Source: the human T2T-CHM13v2.0 reference genome, Homo sapiens
Assembly: GCF_009914755.1 (NCBI RefSeq)
Contig: NC_060936.1
DNA: 64,000 nucleotides
Reading direction: 5' to 3' (one strand)
The position numbers were made by a program, and so were the translations under genes. The notes beneath the pieces are model-generated. The model ran no database searches. It was not told the DNA's origin and saw only the letters and a list, made by a program, of their open reading frames with translations. Shown here one piece after another: positions 28,331 to 41,714 of this stretch; position 1 is the first letter of the stretch, and the number at the start of each line of letters is the position of its first letter.

Positions 28331-29192
28331 TTGATTAATTTCATGAATTCAGGACCATATAGGTATTTATCTTAATCTCTGAAACATGAGGAGTTATTGG
28401 AATAAAATTGCTAAAGAAAGAAAGGAAAGAAAGATGGAAGGGAAGAAAGGAAAAAAGAAAGGAAGGGGTATCAGGAGTGATATTTAGGTTTTAATTGAAC
28501 TTCAACCTAAGTAACACAAAGGATATAAGCTAACAGTGACAATCACCTTAGAAACATATTCTGCCCCAAGAGATCCTACTTGTAAAATAAAATGCACTGT
28601 CTGTGAGCCAGATCACACTGTCCCATTGGTACTTTGCAACTATATCTCCTCCTTTAAAAATCTCATTATTTCAGAAAGTATTTTAGTTGGATTGTGAATT
28701 ATTTGGATCAGTGGGCTTTGAAAAGCAAGATTGTTCTAAACTGATACACCAAAAAAAAACCTGTTTCTAAAGACAATTAAAAATGGATTGCATTTTATGC
28801 ACCAAGAGACTGTTGGTGGAGGTTTCATATGGGATCCAGGTGGAAGATATTTATAATTCCAGCATGTCGACCCACTCTTTAGTCACCGATCCCCAAATTT
28901 TGGTTCTTTATGAACACACAGAGCAAAATTACATAAAGGAATCTGGGTCCTTATCAAAGCAAAACTTCTTTCAGAAAATTGAAAATATATATATTTAGTC
29001 ATCTTGGGCTTTTGAAGGAGAAAATGTGAAGGAATACGGGAATGGAAAAGAGGAGAATAGAGGCCAATTTCACAAACTCTAGAGATGCTTTGACCTCTTT
29101 GATAAGTTGAGGAAAAAAAGGGACCTGCGATCATTTTTCAGAGGGCTAGTTTCAGAAACACGGAATGGATAGTTACTCCTTGACATATTGGG

Positions 29193-30040
29193 GCAGAGGT
29201 TCCAAGCTCAAAGAGCAGGCAGGTAACAGAAATGATGAGGCTGGCCAGGGGAAGGGGTAACCTGGCGACCTCTGACTCACCTTAAGTCAGTAACTACACT
29301 TGGCTCCACTCAACACTTTGCAGGTGGGCACCTGGGCCCCATTGTACCCGTGCTTTCAGAAGTGTGTCAGTTTTCCATTCCTGCCTGAGAAATTACCATA
29401 TATGTCATTGGTTAAAATGCTCATTTCATTATCTCACAGTTTCACCAGGTCAACAGCTTTGCCAGGCTGGGTTCTCCCTCTAGGGTCTTGCAAGGCAGAA
29501 ATCAAGGTATTGGCAAGGTGGCATTCCTCACTGAAGGCCTTGGGGAAGAATCTTCTTCCCAGCTTATTCAGGATGTTGGCAAAATTAATGTCCTTCTCAT
29601 GTTTTCCACGTGACCTCTGCGTCTTCAAGCCAGCAAGGACACATTTAATCCTTCTCATGCTTCAAATCTCTCTGATTTCCTCATCCTCTCTCAGCCAAGA
29701 GAAAGCTCTGCTTTTAAGGGCTTTTGTGATGACATTGAGCCCACCTGGATAAGCCAGAGTTATCTCCCTATTCCATGGTCACCTAATTAGTAATCTTAAT
29801 TATATCTGCAAAGTCATTCTTGCCATATAAGGTGACATCTTCAAAGGTGAGATGTGGAGGGAAAAGGTCAGAGAGAATAAAATTCTGCCAACCATAAGAA
29901 GATACTGGACATTTACACTTCATGTAAAATTTCTGAATTTTTAATTATTGGCTAATAATTCAAAAAATTTTTTTTTACCAGTTTTTTATCTAGAGGGTCT
30001 ACTTGTTGCATCTAGACATACTTCGCAGTACAACCTCTGC
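29193..30040 (+). mobile_element. MER103C (hAT-Charlie) split by an MLT1
   Basis: cagaggttccaagctcaa...caggcaggtaacagaaatga; resumes catgtaaaatttctgaatttttaattattggc...caacctctg. Confidence 0.6.
29363..29896 (-). mobile_element. MLT1E/D-like LTR
   Basis: aaattacca...attatctcacagtttc...aaatcaaggtattggca...aaaattctgccaaccata. Confidence 0.85.
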
Positions 30041-30534
30041 TTCAAAATACATTGACACCAGTTGAATCCTAAATAAAAATGCCAATTTGGGTACTGAAAT
30101 CACATGTCAGTGCTTGGGCTTAGGGGTTGGTATTATCTCAGGAGCATAACACAGTAAAGATCTCAGCATTTCACTGTCCAGGGCAGCACAGTGGGGGCTG
30201 CAGCTGCTGCTCCATAGAGTCATTCAGGGCCCCAGGCTCTTTTTTTTTTTTTTTTCATTTTGTGGGTCTAGTCATGTTCTCAGGACTCATCCTTCTATGA
30301 TCAGACAATGGATGGCACAGAGAGAGTGTGAAGAAGGCAGGCCTGACCTAACTGCTCCAGCCAAGAGGTGTCACTCATCATCTCTGCTTACATTCCACTG
30401 GGGAGAACTAGTTATGAGGCTTCAGTGAGTGTCAGGGAAGTGTGATCTGGCCACATACTCAAGAAGGAGGAGATATAGATACCAGGGGCATTAGAAGAAT
30501 CTGCACAAAGATAAGCAAGTGATCCAAAATGTGC

Positions 30535-30718
30535 TTGTGTATATATGTGTGCATATATATATATATATGTGTATATATATATGTATATATACATATATAT
30601 ACATATATATATGTGTATATATATATGTATATATATATACATATATATATGTATATATATATGTATATATATATACATATATATATGTGTATATATATAT
30701 ATATGTATATATACAAGT
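30535..30718. repeat. Interrupted (TA)n array, ~180 bp
   Basis: TA runs punctuated by TG and CA. Confidence 0.98.
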
Positions 30719-31501
30719 GGAGCATCCGCCCCTCTTGTTATCTTTACTTTAACCTCTGCTCCTAGACCAGGGTCTGGGAATGGTAGGCATTCAATAATCA
30801 ATTAATTATCTTAGCTGATGAATAATCAGTGATTAATGAATATGCCTCATAAATTCTCTTATATTTATTGTCAAACTCTGCTTTTTTCCTTAAAGTTGCC
30901 AACCAGTCTGATTTTTCAAGAGAAGCCAAGTATCAAAGTTTTTAAAAATAAAATCCCACAATGTTAAAATAGAAGTGGCAAAATAAATTTTTATATTTAC
31001 ATGTGTGCAATTTCTTTATATTTGCAATTCCTTGGGATTTCTTGTTTGTGATTTGATGCTTTTTTGTTTTATTCCAAAGCAATGGGGCTATAATATTTAA
31101 TATAATTCTCATTGCAGGAAACAAGAGTCATTCATTCACAAGATTCACTTAATATCTGTAGGAAGGGAGTTATTAGTGAACATCAAAGAGAATTGTCAGA
31201 AGTGAGGAAGGGGTTCTAATCTGAGCTTTTAAGGACAATTCTGAAAAGGATTCTGTGTCATCCAGGGAAGAGACTCTCATAGGCTCTGCCATACCTGAGA
31301 AGCTTCCCCAGCTAGTCTCAGAAGGGTTGCCATGTTTCTACCACTCACATCAAAAAAAAAAAAGAAAAATGAGCAAGGAGATGATGGCCATCAATTTTCT
31401 CATGTATTCAGCTTCCATATTAAAAACTCTCACACTTGCCACTCAAAATTATATGCTAATCTGTGAAGAAAAAGTAGACACAGCAGGCCCAAGACTGCTA
31501 T

Positions 31502-32227
31502 TGAAACTGCCATTGCAAAATTATAACTGAAACAGTGAAAGAAATCAGACCTGACCAAGTCCATCTTACTTCTAGCCTCCAAGCTGTCCTTGTTCATTCC
31601 TAAGCATAGGCTGAACTAACTCTGGGAGGAACTTTGTTTATAGTTTATAGTATAAACCGAAGACAATAATGGCCCTTTCCCAAAACAAACCCCCTTCTTA
31701 CCTGGGGACTAGACTGTCTTTTTAGGACTCACACATTAGCCAAAAGATGAGAAGTTACGGTTTAGGAGTCATGCAGCTAGAGGCCACAAGATTCTGACCC
31801 TACCCGAATTGCTCCTGGGGATAACATCACTATTGTGAAACCTAAGACCAGTGCTTGAGGTATTTTGCAGACCCTATACGTGATGGATCAGCTGGCACCA
31901 CTCAAGTCAATAAACTGGCTCATCTGATATTGTGGCTCCCACCCAGGAACTGACTCAGCACAAGAGGACAGCTTCAACTCCGTATGATTTCATCTCTGAC
32001 CAAACCAATTGGCATTCTTGACTCACTGACTTCCTCTCGCCCACGAAGTTATCCTTAAAAACTCTGATCCACGAATGCTCAGGGAGACTGATTTGAGTAA
32101 TAATAAAGCTCCAGCCTCCCACATAGCCAGGTCTGTGTGAATTACCCTTTCTCTACTGGAATTCCCCTGTTTTGATAAATCAGCTCTGTCTAGGTAGCGG
32201 GCAAAGTGGACCCTTTGGGCAGTTACA
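31502..32227 (+). mobile_element. LTR8-family ERV1 solo LTR, 4-bp TSD ctat
   Basis: tgaaactgccattgcaaaattataactga...gggcagttaca; ctat at 31498-31501 and 32228-32231. Confidence 0.9.
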
Positions 32228-32357
32228 CTATCCTTAGAGATGGCGGCTCGAGATGCTTCTCCATTGGCTGGCATCTGGTAACCTGGATTTTGGGTAGGTA
32301 CTCACATTCTCAAAACTGATACAAGGGGCTTACCTTGCCTAAACAACATGGTCCTCG

Positions 32358-33440
32358 TGATAGAGACACTAGACAGGGAAATTCTGGGCAGAAAAGGGCA
32401 GGTCTCTGGCAAGGGCCCCACTCTCAAGCCTGGAACTGTGGGCCAAAATGAGAAGATGCATTCCTATTTTTAGTGAAGTAAGTGAAGTGAGTAAGTGAAG
32501 TTTGCCTCTGCCGTCACCGAAGTGGCCAACTAGCTCCAGCGCCCACACTCCAGTTCCTGTCCATGAAGGGGACAGGGAAAATGTTCTGCTTCACTTGCTG
32601 AATTCCTGCTTTCCTTCCATGAGTCTGGAATTTTGCTGCACGCCGGGCAGAGGGTTCCTATGTAACTGGCTTCCATGTGCTTGAATGTTGCCTTTTCCAA
32701 AACCACCCATGGCCTGCCCCACCCCATATCCTGTGCCATAAAAACCCCAGGTTCCACCTGCAGAGAGTGGAGGAGAAGAGGATAAGCAGCTGGACGTTGG
32801 AGACTACAATTTGATGATGGAGAGAAGCAGCTTGACTTCAGAGGGATTGCCTGACGGCATTGCTTCTGAACGGAGTCTGGGGGAGGAACACCTTCCCACT
32901 CCATCCCCTTTCCAGCTCTCCTTCCTGAGAGCCACTTTCATCAACAATAAATCCTCCCCATTCACCACCCTTCAGTTCATTCATGCGACCTGATTTTTCC
33001 TGGACACTGAATAAGAGCTTGGCTGCCACGGATGTGAATGCTAAAGGCTGTCACAGTGACTCTCTGGCCTTGCTGGTGGAGAGCAACCACTTCATGTGAA
33101 AAGGCAGAGGGCCCACTGAACTGTTTAACACTTAAGCCATCCATGGACAGCAAGGCCAAAAGAGAGCACTGTAACACACGCCCTCCAGGGCTTCGAGGGT
33201 GGTGGGTATCCCCCTAGATACTGCTGCAGGCCCTGCATGGAGTTTTGTTCCTGCTGGTGCCCAAAGGCACTCACCCCACCTCCTGCGCCCACTCACCTGC
33301 ATGCTGCCTCTCATAAGGGGTTGAAGCAATGGGTTTGAGTAAGTGAAGTTTGTCCCTGCTGTCACCGAAGTGACCAGCTAGCTCCAGCACCCACACTCCA
33401 GTTCCCGTCCATGAAGGAGTCAGGAAAAATGTCTGCTTCA
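32358..33440 (+). mobile_element. LTR1/LTR27/LTR28-family ERV1 solo LTR with an internal insertion
   Basis: tgatagagac...agacagggaaattctgggcagaa...aagggccccactctcaagcctgg; ends ctgcttca; TSD ctcg/cttg. Confidence 0.8.
32488..32675. repeat. 188-bp copy of 33336-33522
   Basis: About 15 substitutions plus 1 indel; includes the LTR 3' end/flank junction. Confidence 0.95.
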
Positions 33441-33959
33441 CTTGCTGAATTGCTGCTTTCCTTCTAGGAGTCTGGAATTTTGCTGCATGCCGGGCAGAGG
33501 GGTCCTATGTAACTGGCTTCCAATACAAGCCCTGGGCATTGAATTTCCAATGGAACTAGCGTAGATAATATTTCAAGTGTGTAGTCATGATTTGAGGCTG
33601 GGGGAACGAAGAGTGTCTTGAGTGTCTTGTAGTCACAATTTGAGGCTGGAGGAATTAAAAGTGTTTACTACAAAGAGAGAAGACTCTTCAAAATTTTAGC
33701 CTGGTTTTCTCTGGACTTCACCACATGGGCCGTTTCCTCTTGCTGATTTTGCTTGTATCCATAATAAATCATAGCTGGAGGTAAAACTTATATGCTGAGT
33801 CCTGTGATGCCTCCTAGAAAATCACCAAACCTAAGAGTAGACCTCCAATGCAATATCCTTATTGCGGGAAGCCTGGGAGATGTAGGTTATTTGTTTGTTT
33901 TTCTATTCCGTATTGCAGAGTTGGGTTTAAATATGGAGTACTATCAATACATATAGTGA

Positions 33960-34410
33960 ATGTGTGGCTCACATTGATATAGGTCGTAAAATCTGATTCC
34001 CTTTTGTTCCGGGTATTCATTTAGACTGCATTTTCCATCCTCCAATGTAGTACCGTGGGCCTTGTGACTGGGGTCTGATGAATGAAGTTGGGGTGAGGAG
34101 TCATGCCTATTACTCCCAGGTTTGGACCATAATATCCTCCCATGTGATCAATCTGTGCTCCAGCTGTGCTCTTACCCATGCACTGGCCAGATGTGTAAGT
34201 TCTAGCTGAGGTCTGCCAGGATACAGGATGGTGGAGCCATGTGATGGAAGGAGCTTGGGCCTCTGAGTGACTATGCAGAGCAGAGTGATGGTTGCATCTC
34301 CCTTTCTAACCCACAGCAAATTAGATGCTATCTTAACCTTTTGGATTAAGCCCCTGGGATCTGAGGATTTGTCTATTCCTGTATTTCACGTTTTCCTAAC
34401 TAATTCAGAA
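33960..34410 (+). mobile_element. Old MLT1-type LTR
   Basis: agactgcattttccatcctcc...gatggtggagccatgtgatggaaggagcttgggcctctgagtgact. Confidence 0.65.
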
Positions 34411-35309
34411 AAGTCCTGGGTAATAGATAGATACTCCCTAAGTGAACAATACAAACTCCATTTCATTAAAACTTCATTCCCTGAAGAAACAGGAAAACTC
34501 CATAAGCCTTAAAAAAACAATTTCCATCACTTCTAAATTCAGTCTATTATACTTCAAAACAATGTACAGTGTGCGGTCTTTATAATGACACTGTGACATT
34601 TGTGGTGATGTTAATATTTCTGAATTGGGATTCACTAAAAAACAAACAAACAAAAAAATAGGTTCCAGAATGTAATTGGTTAAATAGTAAACAATGTTTC
34701 TAACCAAATTTTCTTCAAAAGCATTGTAAAAATCTATAAAGTACACCAAACTTCATTTATTACTTGCTTTATTACATATTGAAATGTTTGCATATTTAAA
34801 ACCTTACATGTCAGATTAAATAGTTTATTCTTTGTGGATCATTTGTTTTATTGTGTGTTAAGGTAAGAAAAGGCAAAAAAATCTGACATTCAATCTAAAA
34901 TGCTACTTGATACAAATATGTAAGAGTCTCAAATACAATGCTTCAAGGAATATAACCTGTAGATCTGTGTTTCTCTCCTCTACAGCTGCCAAAGAAGGCT
35001 GTTGTAATATAATCATAATTGGCTCTTTCCTGTGAATGAAATTTCTAATTGAATTATGCTTCCAGTTCTTATCCAGATCTCTTATCACCTTTCAGAAACC
35101 AAAAGAAGTATCTTGAAAGATTGATAAATTCTTAAAAGAGCACCTATTAATTAAAACTGATGTCTTCAAGAATGGGATCATTTGCCTTCTGGAAAATCAC
35201 AAATCATATTAGCTCTAACCTGCTTAGATTCTTTGTGGGAGTAGGTAGAGGGTGTAGGGAGAAGAGGCGCATTAGGAATTTATTTTAATTCATATCCAGC
35301 CTTAGCACC

Positions 35310-35530
35310 GTCTAGCGGTTAAGATTTCAGCCTCTAGATTTGTAGGACTTAAATATAAAGCCTGACCTCTTACCTGCTCTGTGATCTTAGAGATTTAATT
35401 CACCTGTCTAAGACCCAGGTTTATCATCTGTAATATGCTTACCTTCAGAGGGCTATTGGATAGTTTCAGCAAAAGAAAATATCTAAGGTTCTAGGCAAAG
35501 TACTTAACCTATATTAAAGGTTCAATATTG
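35310..35530 (+). mobile_element. MIR
   Basis: ctagcggttaaga...ctgtgatcttagagatttaattcacctgtctaagacccaggtttatcatctgtaa. Confidence 0.65.
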
Positions 35531-36201
35531 TCCTTTGCATTACTTCAAAAAAGACTGAATCTATATTTGAGTCTAAAAGCAAAATTTAAAAGCAAGCAGC
35601 TTCTGTATCATTTGTCAGGAGAAACAGTCATGGAGCATTTTAACACGTTGTAAGATAAGTTGCTTGAATACATCCCTTCAACCTGGATGTGTTGAAAATT
35701 TACTGTGCTCCAAAGGTTGGGAGTAAATCCAAGCCATCTAATACTCTCCCTTTCTCTTCACAGAAGAGAAAGTTGCAGAGTTGGGGCAAGTGGGTGTCTC
35801 TGAGTGCCCCTTTATCTCCCCAGAGCATGCCTCCCTCCAAATATGGTGCCCAAACTGCTAATTATAGCTTGGGGACCATGTCACAGATGTGGTCACTTGA
35901 TTCACTCTCCTCTTTTCCCCCCACCAGAATCCAGTGAAACCTGTCCTCGGCTAAATACTACAACAAACAAGGTCTAATGTGAGCGCTCATGTTTTAAGAC
36001 TTGAATTAACTCCAAGAGAAGGGATAGCGCACTGTTGATGTAGGCATCTCAGCTCATGTGGGAGTTTCAACTTGGAATGAAGGGATCCTTGTGAAAGTGC
36101 ACAAATTGGTGCTTCAGAGCCTACTGCATATTTTAGATGGGAAGGCAGGCCCCTAGACCACAGACCATTCTCCAAAGAAGGGTAAACTTGAATGAGGGTC
36201 C

Positions 36202-36567
<366 letters not shown>

Positions 36568-37245
36568 CTATATCTTATATCTATAAGGTTAACTTTGAGA
36601 GGATTGGAGGGTCAAGCTAGAGTTTTACTTCCTGTCTTGTGAACTCCTATGCATGCTTCAAGAACCATACAGTATTTCCCCTATTGGGAAGTTTTACTGC
36701 AGATGCTAAGCCTCCAAAGCTTGAATGAGAGGAAAAAAATATCAGTTGCTCCAGAGAACTGAGGAATAATAAAGGAAATGGCTCATAGCCAAATGGAAAG
36801 GCCATTGCTTCAGCAAGGCAAGCCCCTTAGAAGAAGCTGGCAGGGCTAGCCCAGATCAGCTTGAGGGCTTCACTTGGCAGCAGGTATGTGCTGGGCCCCA
36901 GCTGAGTGAGCAGTACTGCAGAGTCCACGCCCCTTGGGACAGCCCTCGGCCAGTGACAAACAGGAGCGGGAGGACGTGTGCCCTGCTTCCTCACCCCTCG
37001 GGCGACAGTTCAGAGTTGTGCCCTGCACCTTCTCATGGAAGGGCTCAGCGGGATTGGGTCCCAGTTGCTCACAGCAGTAAATGGCTCATAAATATACTTT
37101 ACGTCATCGTGAATTTGTGTCCCAAATGGACTCTGGATGCTCAAGGTCTGGCTTCAGCATCTATTTCCAGGGGATCTCAGCCGAAGATGTTACTGTCTAA
37201 ACGTTTAATAAAGTTCCCGAAATCATGAAATACTTGGGGTAAAGA

Positions 37246-37892
37246 AGTGTTTGTGTATGTGTCTGTGTGTCTGTGTGTGCATATGTGTGTTTGTTAATCT
37301 GTGTGTTTGTGTGTGTGCATGTGTGTGTATGTATGTGTGCATATGTGTGTATGTGTTTGTGTGTGTCTGTGTATGTGTGTGCATGTGTGTTTGTGTGCGT
37401 ATTTGTGTGTGTCTGTGTGTATGTATTGTGTGTATATGTGTGTCTGTGTGTGTTTGCATATTTGTGTGTATTTATGTGTGTCTGTGTGTATATGCGTGTG
37501 TGTATCTGTGTATGTGTGTGCATACGTGTGTTTGTGTGTGTAAGTGTGTTTGTGTGTCTGTGTGGGTATGTGTGTGCATATGTGTGTTTGTGTATGTGTC
37601 TGTGTGTATATGTCTGTGTGTTTCTGTGTGTATGTGTGTATATGTGTGTGTGTCTGTGTGTATGTGTGTATATGTGTGTTTGTGCATGTCTGTGTATGTG
37701 TGTGCATAAGTGTGTTTGCGGGTCTGTGTGAGTATGTGTGCATGTGTGTGTCTGTGTGTGTATGTGGGTGTATATGTGTGTGTGTGTGTCTGTGCGTGTA
37801 TATGTGTGTTTGTGTGTCTGTGTATGTGTGGCATAAGTGTGTTTGTGTGTGGGTATGTGTGTTTGTGTGTCTGCATATGTGTGCTTGTGTGT
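37246..37892. repeat. ~650-bp degenerate (TG)n tract
   Basis: Continuous TG-rich alternating sequence with TA, TC, TT and CA interruptions. Confidence 0.98.
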
Positions 37893-40800
37893 AATGTAAT
37901 GAAGGTGTTTAATTTCATTTCAGGATTAAACTGGACAGAACGGGGGCAGCCCTCACCACACAGCACCATGTAAACCTCTGGGAATTAACGGGAATTGATG
38001 AGAATCGTGGCCTGGGGGTACTTTCACCTTCTGCCAGGCTTGGTGTGGCCTCTTCACATAGGCTGCCATCAGAAGGGACCCCTGGCTAAAGGCTTCTTGG
38101 TGAGATTTAGAGACATTGGGAGTCTTGCTAGTAAAGACGGAGTAATTTTACGGTGAAAATAATGTCTCACACATCAGTTACGCCAGTCATCTAAATCTCT
38201 GTACTTTCACGGTAGAGCTCAATCCATAGACTCTTCCGGAAACTCTGAAATTAGGAACTACTGTAACATTCCTGCTACAAATATAGAACTGAAGTTTGAG
38301 GAAGTTAAAAAATCTACAGTAGGTCAGGCGTAGGGGCAGAGCTGGGGTCTTACCCATGCCTTAGAAGCCACTGCTCTCAGAAACGCCATCATGTTGAGTC
38401 TATTGATTGGGCCTCGTGAGGTTGGGCTGATGTCATTTTCTGACCACTTCATGCCGTCCAATCTGAGGATTTCTATCATCCCAGAGCTGAAAGCTTATTT
38501 TTCACTCTTGCATTTTCTGAAACAAACAAAAAATATATTAGCTGTAATATTTTCTCCCCACATTGTATGGAAGCATTCATCAGTCTTTTCCTCAACGATG
38601 CAGTTCGCTGCATTAGAAATGCTTAAGTTCAGACCTTGAATTATGCCCTGTGCGTGGTGACTTCTGGGGGTGTGGAAATACTACCAGGTGGCAGAGGACA
38701 TAAGCCTGCAAAGTGTGTCCTGGCCCTCAGAGTCACGTCTTGCTGATCTCCAGCCCCAGAGCAGGGCTTCTCTGGCCCACTCCTGGCTCCAGGCTCTGGT
38801 TCCTCTAGGCAGATGCAGTCCCAGGCCAGAACCTAGGGTTTGGTGAGTGGAGCATCCTGGTTACCTATCACAGCAGAACTAAGCTGATGCTGTGGCTTGG
38901 ATTAGCAACAGTCACTAAAAGGTTTTATGAAACCCTGCAATCCTGTTCAACATTCAATGAAACAAAAATGCAGTGCTTCTGGGCTGCATTGTAAAGTGCT
39001 TTAACCTCAATGAAATCCCTAAAGCAGTGCTTTAAATAATAATTTAAATTGAATGATTGAGATTTGTAGCCCCGCTAGATTTTCAATTTCTTCACCAAAA
39101 CTTACTCTATTTTTGAGACAGGATGTTCTTTCCTTTCTAATGGGGAAAACCCCAAATGCCACAACAATTTGAGGAACAAGTTGTGAAACAAAGCCCTGTT
39201 CTTCTTGTTAGCTCAGTTGTGCATCACAAGACAACATTTATGTGACTTTAATGGATTTACTGGAAGTTTAGCAGGAGACAAGAGAATGACTCTTCAATTA
39301 TTGTGACAATGCATTTGTTGCCATTAGTATCTGCAAATCGACGTCATGTGTGACATCGATAAGACTGAACAGCACATCTTAGGAAGGGCTCAGTACTAGA
39401 TGTGGCACCTGAATGGCAGCCAGTTCCTTCCTCACAATGACTCTGCCGTTTGTAAAGGCTGGAAAAATACGTTATGGTTGGTATAGCCTATCCACAGCAG
39501 GCTACCTCACAGACCCACCTCACACTTACATCTACTCTGGTCATATTCGTGATGTGAACTTGAGAATTCAAAAGTGCATTATTCTGTTTGTCACCTAGAT
39601 AAAGTCTACCTATATAGCAAGGAGGAAAAAGAAGGCATAGGAGGCAGAAAGTGCTCTCCATTGATTCTTAGGTACATCCACACCTTGGTTCTACCTTCCT
39701 TCTCTTTCTTGGAATAAGTCATTCCTTTTAGCTTGAACTACTTGGAGATATTTCCTGTCCCTTGTAAACAAATAACCTGAAACAAGAATATAGCAGATCC
39801 TGGACTAAGGTAATAGGTGAAAACCAGGTAAATCTAGTCAATGAAAATAAAGCCAGAGCAATGAGGATTTTGCCTTTGCATAATAAAACTTCCTCCCTAA
39901 AATTCATGAATATTTGTACAATAAAATATTTTCCCTTGGGTTGCAATGACTCGGTAGCCCACAACGTTTTGAAAAAAGGAAGGCACTTATAAAACTATCT
40001 TGTTTCATGCCCCACCCTCTTCAGCAAGTCAGCAATAGATAACATTCCTGACTTCGATTGATATTTGTTTTGCTGACATTTTTCCAGGGACTGTCTTTCA
40101 TCTAGTAAGTTGATTGCTGGAGTATAAAGCTAACTAAATGTGTCTAGATGGTCCTTCCACTCAGAAAGCCACACGTGTGCCTCCTGCCTCCTGTCTCCTG
40201 CCAGTTGTTGTATAGAAAGGTGGTCTATGTGTGGCTCTTGGTTAGATGGGGTCAACGTGAGTGTTCAGTGGTGCCAGCACCAGTAGCCATGTCTTAGCCA
40301 CATCATCCTGGTGAAGTTTATGGTTGTATTGCTAAACTACGCAGGCCCTCTTGGCTCCTGCTAATTCTCTGAGCCATAGTTTACTTTGCTTTTCTGTAAA
40401 TTCCAAGAGTCGATTCCATTTTGTGCTTATTTTATCTTATGCCAGTTTCTGTTAGATCAAAAATCAAAGAAGCAAACAACAATGACAAACGAGACAACCT
40501 CTGGATGAGACATGGACAGGGAGCCTCATTTTTCCTAAATCTGCTTTCACTGACAGAGCGCTCATTAGCTCCCAGGGCAGTCTGGTCCAGTTTTGGAAAG
40601 CTTTTGTGATATTGTTATTTTAATCTTAATTTCTAGAAACCCACAAAATAAGTATTGTTTACTTTTCAAGTATTAGCTCCAAGTTTCCTGAATAGTTTGA
40701 AATTACATAAATTTGAGCACGTATCTCTGGAAGAAGAGAAAGGAGGGTTGGATAAATAAATAGGCAAAAATTCTACCACCATTCTACTCAACCAACACCC

Positions 40801-41489
40801 CTCAGTGAGCATGAAGTCAGTGAAGGCTCCTCCAATGCTCAGAGATTTTTTTATTTTATTTTATTTTTGCTACCACTTGGCCCTCAATGCCAGTACTCCT
40901 CTGCGTTTAGAGCTCGGCTACAGAAACGGTGATTCACCACAACACTGGATCGGAAGAGGGTTGGGCTGGGCTTTGTCGGAGATTACAGAGGTTTCCAAAG
41001 AAGTTTTTGATTACTTCCAATTTTTGCCTTCAATGCTGACAGGTTTTACCCTCGCCCCACTAGGATTCCTTGATTCTAATGAGGGTCCCCTCCCCAGCTC
41101 TCCCTCTCCATTTGTCCCAGGCACTTCATGATCAATATCCCTCACACTCGGGTGAGTGGATGCACCACGAGCAATCATTTCAGATGCTCAGGGTCAGCCA
41201 TCGCTAATATCTCCCCTCAGAGCTACCCATTGCTTCCTCTAAACTAGCTTAATATTGTGTTTTTAAAAAATGGAATTACAGGTGATGATACTGTTGGGTT
41301 TTGGTGGATTATTTGTTGAGTGTGTGTTTGTGTGTGTGTGTGTGTCGTCAGCTGTGCTCACTGATAAGAAAAAAAGAGGCCACCTGGCCATTTGTTTGGC
41401 AAAACTCCTAAAAATCCTATTTAGAGCCAATCCTTGAGCTGAGTCCAGGAACATCAGGATACTCCTCCGATTACTGCTATTGACACCCA

Positions 41490-41714
41490 CCATTTAATTG
41501 GCAGTGATGATGGGCACAGTCTATGCTAAGCACGCTTACTTTACCTCATTTATTCCCTAAGTCACATCCATGAGATAGTGCTATAACTGTTCCATGTCAT
41601 AAATCAGAAGCTAGGCTTTGAGGGGTTGGATAACTATGCCTAAGTTACACAGCTGTAAGTTTTCAAGAGTCAAAAATTAACCCGCTTCTTCATAATCCTG
41701 GAGGCCTCTCTTAG
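41490..41714 (-). mobile_element. MIR
   Basis: ctatgctaagcac...cctcatttattcc...taactatgcctaagttacacagctgtaagt. Confidence 0.65.

Larger units (their letters stand above)
31462..33852 (+). mobile_element. MER68/MER77-type ERVL LTR hosting two younger LTRs
   Basis: tgtgaagaaaaagtagacacagcaggcccaagactgctat|ccttaga...ggagtctggaatttt...aataaatcatagc...atatgctgagtcctgtga. Confidence 0.75.

Noticed and set aside
37197-37973. Cys/Val- or His/Thr-rich ORFs of 80-165 aa
   Set aside because: Artefacts of a stop-poor TG repeat
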